Shown here piece by piece: positions 56,745-64,000 of a stretch of 64,000 nucleotides of DNA. The stretch is taken from the IMG/VR virus record IMGVR_UViG_3300037067_022550. The stretch is one strand, 5' to 3'. Source of the DNA: a virus. Numbering within the stretch: position 1 is the first letter of the stretch; each line of letters begins with the position of its first letter. A program made the translations under genes and the position numbers. The notes beneath the pieces were generated by a model. The model was given only the letters and a program-made list of their open reading frames with translations, searched no databases and had not been told where the DNA came from.

Positions 56745-57224
56745 ATGATTTCTGACGCCGTAATAAACGCTTTTATGAAAAAGCTTAAAAGAGGATGGGA
56801 TCAATGGTCTAGAATGTATTGGGCCATTGACCTCCACGACGTTATCATTCCGGGTACATACACATTAAACAACGATGGTAAATATCCGTTTCCATATGCT
56901 GTAGAAGTTTTACAGTGGCTTACAAATCGCAAAGACATGGCCATTATTCTTTTTACTTCAGGGCATTTTGATCCAACTCTTAATATAAGAAAGTGGCTGT
57001 CAGAAGAATATGGAATTAGTTTTGACTTCGTTAATGAAAATCCAGAATGCCCAGACAATGAGCTTTGTTGTTTTGAAAGTAAATTTTATTTTGACGTTAT
57101 GCTTGAAGATAAGGCTGGCTTTAATGGTATGTCAGATTGGAAAAAAATTAAGGATTCTTTGATTGAATTAGGAGAATGGAATAAAAAGATTTCTCACGAA
57201 CAACAAATAATAAGTAAGGGATAA
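56745..57224 (+). CDS. hypothetical protein
   Basis: 159-aa ORF directly after rtcB. Confidence 0.5.
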   Translation: MISDAVINAFMKKLKRGWDQWSRMYWAIDLHDVIIPGTYTLNNDGKYPFPYAVEVLQWLTNRKDMAIILFTSGHFDPTLNIRKWLSEEYGISFDFVNENPECPDNELCCFESKFYFDVMLEDKAGFNGMSDWKKIKDSLIELGEWNKKISHEQQIISKG

Positions 57225-57228
57225 TATT

Positions 57229-57585
57229 ATGAAAATATATAATTATGGAAAATTTCCAAAAGATTGCACTTATAAATATGGAAATATTGCCTCACTTGAA
57301 GACTCTGAAATTGAAATATTAAAGAATATGGGAATTTCTAATATTTATTATTGGTATGCTTCTGGAAATTTTGAGGGATCTGGTAAAATGTTGTGCAAAA
57401 AAGATAATTTATGGCATATTCATGATATGTCGCATTGTTCTTGTTATGACTGTATAGAAAATATAAACTTATCTCCTTATGGTGGCTATTCTTCATTAAA
57501 AGAATTAAAATTAAAATGCACAGATGAATTGTTTAAAGAAATAGAACCATTATTTAATAAAGCTAAAAAGGATAAACACAAATAA
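57229..57585 (+). CDS. hypothetical protein
   Basis: 118-aa ORF. Confidence 0.5.
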   Translation: MKIYNYGKFPKDCTYKYGNIASLEDSEIEILKNMGISNIYYWYASGNFEGSGKMLCKKDNLWHIHDMSHCSCYDCIENINLSPYGGYSSLKELKLKCTDELFKEIEPLFNKAKKDKHK

Positions 57586-57606
57586 AAGAAGATGATAGGG
57601 AATTGA

Positions 57607-58008
57607 TTGTTTTTATTACTCAACATAAAAATTTTGGACAAAGGGGATAAAATGAAAAAAAAGACAAACTTAACAAATAGCAAGTCTCCATCTTGTTTGG
57701 GGGATTGCCTTATAATATTACAAAAAACACTATCTCCAGAAATAATTAATGATTTTAAAAACATAACAGAAGAAATGGTTATAAAATATCATCATGGGTT
57801 GGGAACTTCCATAAGAAATGGTTTTGGTTTGTGGGGAAGAAAAACAGAAATTGCCAAGTGGTTCTCCAAAAAAGGAGTCTTGCATCCGGATGACATGTCT
57901 GGAATTGTTTTGCATTCTCTTTGGAGGAAGTTGCACAAAAAACCAATTAATTTTAAAGAACAGGTTAAATATTACCAAGATTATTGGAAAACAAATGGTT
58001 TTTTGTAA
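57607..58008 (+). CDS. hypothetical protein (probable start 57652 after GGGG RBS)
   Basis: 133-aa track ORF; internal MKKKTNL start has RBS. Confidence 0.5.
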   Translation: MFLLLNIKILDKGDKMKKKTNLTNSKSPSCLGDCLIILQKTLSPEIINDFKNITEEMVIKYHHGLGTSIRNGFGLWGRKTEIAKWFSKKGVLHPDDMSGIVLHSLWRKLHKKPINFKEQVKYYQDYWKTNGFL

Positions 58009-58076
58009 TATCATTAGGACAGAATGTAAAGTAATCTGTTTAATGCCCGTTAAAACTATTAAAAAAGGATATAATT

Positions 58077-58250
58077 ATGCTTGCTTGTATATGCTGTGGA
58101 ATAGTTGAAACAGGAGTGGTTTTGATTATTATTTCATTATTTAGACCAATTTATCGTTTTATTAATTGGATTTGTATTCGTTTGGGATGTAAATGCAAAT
58201 GTCATCACGAAAAAACAGAAGAAAAAGAGCAACAAAAGGAACAAAAATGA
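58077..58250 (+). CDS. 57-aa membrane/Cys-rich micropeptide
   Basis: Manual ORF MLACICCGIVETGVVLIIISLFRPIYRFINWICIRLGCKCKCHH... Confidence 0.3.
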   Translation: MLACICCGIVETGVVLIIISLFRPIYRFINWICIRLGCKCKCHHEKTEEKEQQKEQK

Positions 58251-58558
58251 TTATTGTTAATAGGTGTCCAGAAGATAGTATGCCTATCAGCACTTTAACT
58301 GACAAACATGTTTATGATTTAGTCAACAAGGGATTAACTCTTGAAAAAATAGCGACAGAAGTAACAAAAGATAATGCAAATCTTCATACTTTTAATCCAT
58401 TACTTCTTAACTTTTTTGAAGACGAATATGCAATAAATAATTTTGTTATTTTTAAAAATGGAAAGTTTTTAAAATTATTTGAAAATGATAAAATCAAATA
58501 TAAATTAAAATCAATGGGTCCAGGAGAAGTTGTTGCAGATACAGAAGGAGTTTTATAA
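58193..58558 (+). CDS. hypothetical protein (start uncertain, possibly 58247 MIIVNRCPE)
   Basis: 121-aa track ORF overlapping the micropeptide ORF. Confidence 0.45.
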   Translation: MQMSSRKNRRKRATKGTKMIIVNRCPEDSMPISTLTDKHVYDLVNKGLTLEKIATEVTKDNANLHTFNPLLLNFFEDEYAINNFVIFKNGKFLKLFENDKIKYKLKSMGPGEVVADTEGVL

Positions 58559-58585
58559 AACATTAATTTTAAGGTGTAAAAATAT

Positions 58586-59008
58586 ATGTTTGACACAATT
58601 GTAAATCATCAAAAAGAATATGTTCCATATACAAAAAAAGTGGAAATTACTGAAAAAAAAGCTCCCACTGATCAAAGTATTGAAATTCTTAAAGAAATGG
58701 AAGAAAAAATATTAAGTAGAATAGTTAAAAATATTATAACGGACAATAACATTCTTTCTGTATCAGTAACTTTTATACAAGATCATATTGGCTACAATGC
58801 TCAAATAATTTCTAAAATTAAACTCAATAATATAGATTATGTTTTTACATATAATTATGTATTTTTTAAAAATATTGATGAAAATATGAAATGTTTTATT
58901 GAAGAACTGTCTGTGTTTATTGCACAAAAAATATTCAATAAAATGTTTCAACAAGAAAATCAAGATTTTATTAATGCAATGAAAATTTTGAGCCGTAAAC
59001 AAAATTAA
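58586..59008 (+). CDS. hypothetical protein
   Basis: 140-aa ORF. Confidence 0.5.
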   Translation: MFDTIVNHQKEYVPYTKKVEITEKKAPTDQSIEILKEMEEKILSRIVKNIITDNNILSVSVTFIQDHIGYNAQIISKIKLNNIDYVFTYNYVFFKNIDENMKCFIEELSVFIAQKIFNKMFQQENQDFINAMKILSRKQN

Positions 59009-59031
59009 TTGCATTAAACAAGGCAATTATT

Positions 59032-59907
59032 ATGAGTTACATGCATATAAATCAACTTTATAAAAGCAGAGAAATAATGCTATTTAAAGAGTGCTATGCT
59101 CTTGAAAAAATACATGGAACTAGTAGCCACACATCTTACAAGAATGGTAAAATTTCATATTTTTCTGGTGGTGAAAGTTATGAAAATTTTATTAAAATTT
59201 TCGATGAAAAGATTTTGTTGCCAGCTTTTTGGAAAATAGGAATAAATGATATAACTGTTTACGGCGAAGCTTATGGTGGATCTCAACAGGGTATGTCGCA
59301 TACATATGGAAAAGAAACAAGATTTATAGTTTTTGACATAAAAATTTATGAACATTTTATTTCTGTTCCGGAAGCAGAAGCAATAGCTAAAGAATTGGGG
59401 CTTGAATTTGTTCACTACAGAAAGATTCCAACAACTATAGAAGCACTTGATGCAGAGATGTATTTACCATCAGTTCAAGCAGAAAGAAACGGCTGTGGAA
59501 TTGATAAAAAAAGAGAGGGAATCGTTCTTCGTCCATTAGTAGAAATGATTAAAAGTACTGGGGAAAGAATTATTTCTAAACACAAAAGACCAGATTTTAA
59601 AGAAACTAAAAATGAAAGAAAATTAAATGTTGATCCTGAAAAGTTAAAGATTTTGGAAGACGCAGAAGCAATAGCTGTTGAATGGGTCACTCCCATGCGT
59701 TTGGAACATATCTTACAAAAATTTCCAGACAAAAAAATAGAACAATGTGGAGAAATTGCAAAAGCTATGATTGAAGATGTTATTAGAGAAGGAAAAGGAG
59801 AAATAGTTGATTCAAAAGAAGCAAGAAAAGCCATCAGTAAAAAAGCCATTGAACTTTTCAAAGAGAAGATAAATAATCCATTGAAACAAAAGGAAATTGT
59901 CAGATGA
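59032..59907 (+). CDS. RNA ligase 2 family (T4 Rnl2-like adenylyltransferase domain)
   Basis: Motif I LEKIHGTSS (T4 Rnl2 REKIHGTN), motif IV EGIVLRP (EGYVLKP), motif V RIISKHKR. Confidence 0.85.
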   Translation: MSYMHINQLYKSREIMLFKECYALEKIHGTSSHTSYKNGKISYFSGGESYENFIKIFDEKILLPAFWKIGINDITVYGEAYGGSQQGMSHTYGKETRFIVFDIKIYEHFISVPEAEAIAKELGLEFVHYRKIPTTIEALDAEMYLPSVQAERNGCGIDKKREGIVLRPLVEMIKSTGERIISKHKRPDFKETKNERKLNVDPEKLKILEDAEAIAVEWVTPMRLEHILQKFPDKKIEQCGEIAKAMIEDVIREGKGEIVDSKEARKAISKKAIELFKEKINNPLKQKEIVR

Positions 59908-60104
59908 TTAAAAAAATGGTGATGTTTAGGATTTCCCCTGAATTGAATGACGGAGATCACTATGGAGTATGCAAAACTAAAGAACAGCTTATTGAAGCAG
60001 TTTCTAATTGGGCAGATAATGCCGTTGATGGGCATCCAGATGAATGTTCAATTGAAACAATAGAAATGACAGAAGAAGAGTTTAACGCAATTCCAGAATC
60101 ATAG
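59904..60104 (+). CDS. hypothetical protein
   Basis: 66-aa ORF overlapping rnl2 stop. Confidence 0.45.
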   Translation: MIKKMVMFRISPELNDGDHYGVCKTKEQLIEAVSNWADNAVDGHPDECSIETIEMTEEEFNAIPES

Positions 60105-60367
60105 TCTCAACCATAAAAAAAGAATGGCAAAATAGCACAAATTTTTATGTTTTTGCAGTTGTCATCTTTACGGATAGTTGGTTAAAGCAACATCCGGACA
60201 AAATGTCCGTATAATTGTCCAGATATTGCTTTTTTGACAATAATATTAAAATTTGCACAGTACAAGCTTGTATTGTATTGTGAAAATTTTTTGATTAAAT
60301 AACCATATGTTTCTTGTAAGCTTTGTGGTGGATATGGAGAAGTTCCAAAAGGATCTATAACTAAAAA

Positions 60368-60919
60368 ATGAAAAAAATTAAAGTAAAAGATGCTCATAAT
60401 TTTTATCATCCCCCTCTTCTACCAATGCCTGATATCCCCTGTTGTCTACATCACGGTTCGTTTTTTTCTAAAAGAAAATTTGATGTTCATACTGGAGTTG
60501 ATCTTTATGCAAAAGTTGGATCAAAAGTATATGCTATAGAAGAAGGAGAAGTAGTTAAGGTAAGATATTTTACTGGCAAAGAAATTGGATGCCCTCATTG
60601 GAATACTACTTGGGCTGTTGATATAGAAAGCTATAGTGGTATTTTTTGTTATGGAGAAATACTACCAATTAAAGGATTGGAAACTGGAAATAAAGTTATG
60701 GCCGGAGAAGTTATTGGTACTGTAATGGAAGTCCTTAAAGAAAACAAAGGAAAACCGACCAGCATGTTGCACTTTGCAATCCATACTCATGGTTGGAAAT
60801 ATCTGGTTGGAGATCAGGAAGATTCAACTCAAGAAAGTTTCTATGACCTACAAATAGATCCTACTATGTTATTAATACAATTAAAAAATAAATCTGACGC
60901 AATAATTAATAATTTTTAA
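60368..60919 (+). CDS. M23 family metallopeptidase (LytM-like; candidate lysin)
   Basis: HTGVDL (HxxxD) and HFAIH (HxH) motifs. Confidence 0.7.
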   Translation: MKKIKVKDAHNFYHPPLLPMPDIPCCLHHGSFFSKRKFDVHTGVDLYAKVGSKVYAIEEGEVVKVRYFTGKEIGCPHWNTTWAVDIESYSGIFCYGEILPIKGLETGNKVMAGEVIGTVMEVLKENKGKPTSMLHFAIHTHGWKYLVGDQEDSTQESFYDLQIDPTMLLIQLKNKSDAIINNF

Positions 60920-61070
60920 ACTTGACTTATATAAAACTAATTGCTACCTTCTTTTTATTGAAAGGAAAAATATATTAATAAATGAAACCTATAATCCAAA
61001 GCCTATTAGATAATGACACATATAAATAATGACAATAACATAAATAGATAAAGGTATTTTTTATTTTCTT

Positions 61071-61787
61071 TTGAATGATAATCAAAGGAGAATAAAAATG
61101 GGGTGTATATACGGATTTGTAGATAAAGATGATAAGATTTTTTATGTTGGACAAGCAAAAAATATTAAAACAAGAATGTATGGACATGTGTTTGAAGTAA
61201 GGCACGGCAACAAGTTATATCTATACAATAAACTTAGGAAAATTATTTCTGAAAACGAATGTTCTGTTTCTTCTCTTGCAATAGTAATTGAAGATAATAT
61301 AGACGAAGAAAAAATGGATGAAAGAGAAATATTTCATATAAAGCGATTAAGGGTAGATGGGTGTAAACTAACAAATATTTTAGACGGAGGAAGAAGATGG
61401 CTAAATGGTCCATCAGAAGAACAAAGAAATAAAATTAGAATAGCTCATTTAGGAAAAAAAAGAAGTTTAGAAACAAGAAGGCGAATGAGTGAATCACAAA
61501 CTGGTAGAAAATTTTCTCAAGAACATAAAAAAAAGTTAAGTATTGCTAGACGAAAAAGAGTAACAACAGACGAAACCAGAAGAAAGTTGAGTTTATCAAG
61601 GAAGGGTAAAGTTAATATTAAGAAATATATTTTAATAGACCCTAATGGCATAGAGTATGTTACTACTGAAGGAATGACGAAGTTTTGTGAAGACCATGGT
61701 TTATCTACTCCAAACATACATAAGGTTTTAACTGGAGAAAGAAAAAACCATAAAGGCTGGAAAATTAGAGAATACTGCCAAAGTTAA
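61071..61787 (+). CDS. GIY-YIG homing endonuclease with NUMOD3-like repeats (I-TevI-like)
   Basis: GCIYGFVDKDDKIFYVGQAKN...R...H; repeated ...IARRKRVTT.ETRRKLSLSRKGK DNA-binding modules. Confidence 0.85.
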   Translation: MNDNQRRIKMGCIYGFVDKDDKIFYVGQAKNIKTRMYGHVFEVRHGNKLYLYNKLRKIISENECSVSSLAIVIEDNIDEEKMDEREIFHIKRLRVDGCKLTNILDGGRRWLNGPSEEQRNKIRIAHLGKKRSLETRRRMSESQTGRKFSQEHKKKLSIARRKRVTTDETRRKLSLSRKGKVNIKKYILIDPNGIEYVTTEGMTKFCEDHGLSTPNIHKVLTGERKNHKGWKIREYCQS

Positions 61788-61802
61788 TATCTAAGGAAAA
61801 CA

Positions 61803-62972
61803 ATGAATCAAATACCTCAAAGTTTATTAGACACAGACCTTTACACCTTTAGTGTTCAAAATGCCATTCTTGACCATTTCTATGATGCCAGGGCTGAATA
61901 TAGATTTGTCAATAGAGGTTATCATAAAATAACCCCCCAACTTATAGAAGCCCTTAAGTTTCAAGTATATAATGTTTTTCCGTCAATTTATTTAACAGAT
62001 TACGAATACCACTGGCTAAAATCCACCTGCAAACATCTTAAACCATGGTACTTTGAATATTTAAAAAACTATAGGTTTAATCCAGAAGAGGTAAAAATAG
62101 AACAAGATGGAAATGAAACAAAAATAAGTGTTATTGGTCCTTGGCACTCCACTATTATGTGGGAGGTCCCTTTGCTTTATACCATCTCGCAATTATATCA
62201 TGAAATCGTTGATAATAATTGGTCAATGGAAGGTCAAGTTGAAAAAATAAATTTAAAGGGGAAAAAACTTTCTAATAATGATTGTTTTACAGCAGATATG
62301 TCTACTCGCAGACGCAGAAATTTTAATTCTCAAAAGATAGTAGTAGAAGAATTAAAAAAATACCCTTGTTTTAATGGAACATCAAATACTTATCTTGCTA
62401 TGTTAAACAGCGTAAAACCAATTGGGACAATGAGTCACCAGTGGATATCTGCTATGCAAGCTCTTAGAAGTATCCGTTATTGCAATCATTATGCCATGGA
62501 CTATTGGGTTAAGACTTTTGGAACATCTTTAGGGATTATGCTGACTGATACAGTAACTAGTGATTGCTTCTTAAAAAGTTTCAGTCCCTATTTTGCTAAT
62601 CTTTTTAGTGGCACAAGATGTGATTCTGGAATAGAACTTGAATATGTTGATAAAATGATAAAACATTATAAATCTCTTAATATAAACCCCAATCACAAAT
62701 GTATAATTTTTAGCAACTCCTTAAATGTAGATAAGGCAATAAAAATTAGGAAATATTGCGAAGGAAAAATAGGATGTTCTTTTGGCATTGGCAATCACTT
62801 GGGAAATGATTTTGAAAACAGTCCTGCCCCAAACATGGTAATTAAGTTGTGGTCTATTAATGGAATTCCAGTTGTTAAATTATCTGACGACCTTGGTAAA
62901 TTAATTGGGGATAAAGATGCTGTCAAAGTTACAAAATGGGAGTGTTGTGGGACTACTATAGAAGTAGATTAG
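61803..62972 (+). CDS. pncB: nicotinate phosphoribosyltransferase
   Basis: N-terminal SLLDTDLYTFSVQNAILDHFYD matches E. coli PncB [21 protein letters not shown]. Confidence 0.8.
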   Translation: MNQIPQSLLDTDLYTFSVQNAILDHFYDARAEYRFVNRGYHKITPQLIEALKFQVYNVFPSIYLTDYEYHWLKSTCKHLKPWYFEYLKNYRFNPEEVKIEQDGNETKISVIGPWHSTIMWEVPLLYTISQLYHEIVDNNWSMEGQVEKINLKGKKLSNNDCFTADMSTRRRRNFNSQKIVVEELKKYPCFNGTSNTYLAMLNSVKPIGTMSHQWISAMQALRSIRYCNHYAMDYWVKTFGTSLGIMLTDTVTSDCFLKSFSPYFANLFSGTRCDSGIELEYVDKMIKHYKSLNINPNHKCIIFSNSLNVDKAIKIRKYCEGKIGCSFGIGNHLGNDFENSPAPNMVIKLWSINGIPVVKLSDDLGKLIGDKDAVKVTKWECCGTTIEVD

Positions 62973-62984
62973 GGAACTAAAACA

Positions 62985-63206
62985 ATGAAAAAATTAAACG
63001 ATAAAATATATAAACTTTTAAAAGTCAAATATAATAAAAAAGACAAATTAGATATTGAAGAATTAGAATCAATAAGTAAAGATGCAACTGAAGGTCTTAG
63101 AACTATTAACGGAGATACTGCAACAGTAGAAATTTCTGTTCGTCAATTTATACTTTTGTTACAAGAATGGTACAAATGCAACATAAATAATATTAAGGAG
63201 AAATAA
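62985..63206 (+). CDS. hypothetical protein
   Basis: 73-aa ORF between pncB and pncA. Confidence 0.45.
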   Translation: MKKLNDKIYKLLKVKYNKKDKLDIEELESISKDATEGLRTINGDTATVEISVRQFILLLQEWYKCNINNIKEK

Positions 63207-63207
63207 A

Positions 63208-63777
63208 ATGAGTAAGGCATTGATTATAGTAGATATGCAAAAAGATTTTGTTGACGGTTCACTTCCAGTACCAAAGGCAATAGAAATAATACCAGTTATT
63301 TATTGGATTGTTGGTAATGTAAAGTATGATTGTATAATAGAAACGCTTGATTGGCATCCTGAAAATCATATTAGTTTTAAACAGTGGGGAGTACACTGTT
63401 TGCAAAATTTTTCGGGGGCAAAATCTGTTTTAAATTTCAAATTTGAAGATTGTTCTTCCTATTATTCTACTTATAGAGGGGTTATTCGCAAGGGAACTAA
63501 CGTTGATGTAGATTCTTATTCTGGATTTTTTGATAACCTTTATATTTCAGGAACTGGTTTAGAAGAAAAATTGAGAATGGCAGATGAAGGAAGAATAAAT
63601 GAAATTGATATAGTTGGTTTAGCAACAGATTATTGTGTTAAATTTACGGCAATAGATGCAGCCAAATTAGGATACAAAACCAATGTAATTTCTTTTGCTT
63701 GCAGAGGAGTAGATTTAACAACTACAGCTAAAGCAATTGAAGAAATGAAAAATAAATACAACATTAATGTTATATAA
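63208..63777 (+). CDS. pncA: nicotinamidase/isochorismatase-family hydrolase
   Basis: ALIIVDMQKDFVDGSLPV N-terminal block and catalytic-Cys block GLATDYCVKFTAIDA. Confidence 0.8.
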   Translation: MSKALIIVDMQKDFVDGSLPVPKAIEIIPVIYWIVGNVKYDCIIETLDWHPENHISFKQWGVHCLQNFSGAKSVLNFKFEDCSSYYSTYRGVIRKGTNVDVDSYSGFFDNLYISGTGLEEKLRMADEGRINEIDIVGLATDYCVKFTAIDAAKLGYKTNVISFACRGVDLTTTAKAIEEMKNKYNINVI

Positions 63778-63825
63778 TTATAAAATGGTGAAAATGTGTT
63801 CGACAAAATAAATTTAAAAGTCTTG

Positions 63826-64000
63826 ATGAAAAAAAAATATTTTGTCGTATTTTGTATTGGAATTGCAATAGCTTTGGTTATTTATTGTGTTTTTTTTTCT
63901 TGGTTCTTTGGTTCTCCCAATGCCCCTTCGTGGACATCAGTAATAGTAACTTTTTTGGCGGTTATTGTAGCTCTTTTTAATGAGACAATTAAAAATCTTA
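63826..64000 (+). CDS. membrane protein, partial (continues beyond window end)
   Basis: MKKKYFVVFCIGIAIALVIYCVFFSWFFGS... has no stop through position 64000. Confidence 0.4.
   Translation, partial: MKKKYFVVFCIGIAIALVIYCVFFSWFFGSPNAPSWTSVIVTFLAVIVALFNETIKNL

Noticed and set aside
56745-57224. HAD-type 3'-phosphatase call for the gene after rtcB
   Set aside because: AIDLHDV is a DxxD rather than the DxDx(T/V) HAD motif; it is left as hypothetical.
1-64000. Eukaryotic giant-virus or Fanzor origin (AT-rich, many tRNA/repair genes)
   Set aside because: Pervasive Shine-Dalgarno sequences, sigma70-like promoters, T4-type RNA ligases and GIY-YIG endonucleases, bacterial NadE/PncB/CoaE signatures, and a bacterial-type TnpB all indicate a bacteriophage.

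Overview
The window is AT-rich (roughly 30% GC by eye) and densely coding, with short intergenic spacers, frequent AAGGAG-type ribosome-binding sites and stop/start overlaps of the ATGA type. It looks like part of a large double-stranded DNA phage genome, possibly a jumbo-phage-like virion genome or a prophage; no integrase or host gene is visible in the window. Genes run on the minus strand from 1 to about 33500 and mostly on the plus strand from about 33600 to 64000; one minus-strand island (36857-40700) carries a TnpB-only IS200/IS605-type element. The functions I can support from motifs are: four RNA ligase families (Rnl1, Rnl2, an OB-fold Rnl5-like ligase, RtcB); a tRNA-Arg(TCT) and an atypical tRNA-like gene; a P-loop kinase next to a metallophosphoesterase; a NAD salvage set (nicotinamidase PncA, nicotinate phosphoribosyltransferase PncB, NAD synthetase NadE) plus a NADAR-domain protein and dephospho-CoA kinase; four radical-SAM-type proteins, one RlmN/Cfr-like; three methyltransferases (two DNA N6A/N4C-type, one FkbM-type); free-standing homing endonucleases (two GIY-YIG, one HNH); an M23 peptidase, a polysaccharide deacetylase and a clan GH-A-like glycosidase; and a tandem array of three paralogous genes. 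The most unusual structure is a ~45-bp intergenic site family containing ACTAAAGATG. One copy is split by the TnpB element, with the 10-mer on both sides, and an intact paralogous copy sits 17 kb away. A GC-elevated 350-bp island with no credible ORF lies next to the intact copy. Most other ORFs are hypothetical, and many encode small CxxC zinc-ribbon proteins.
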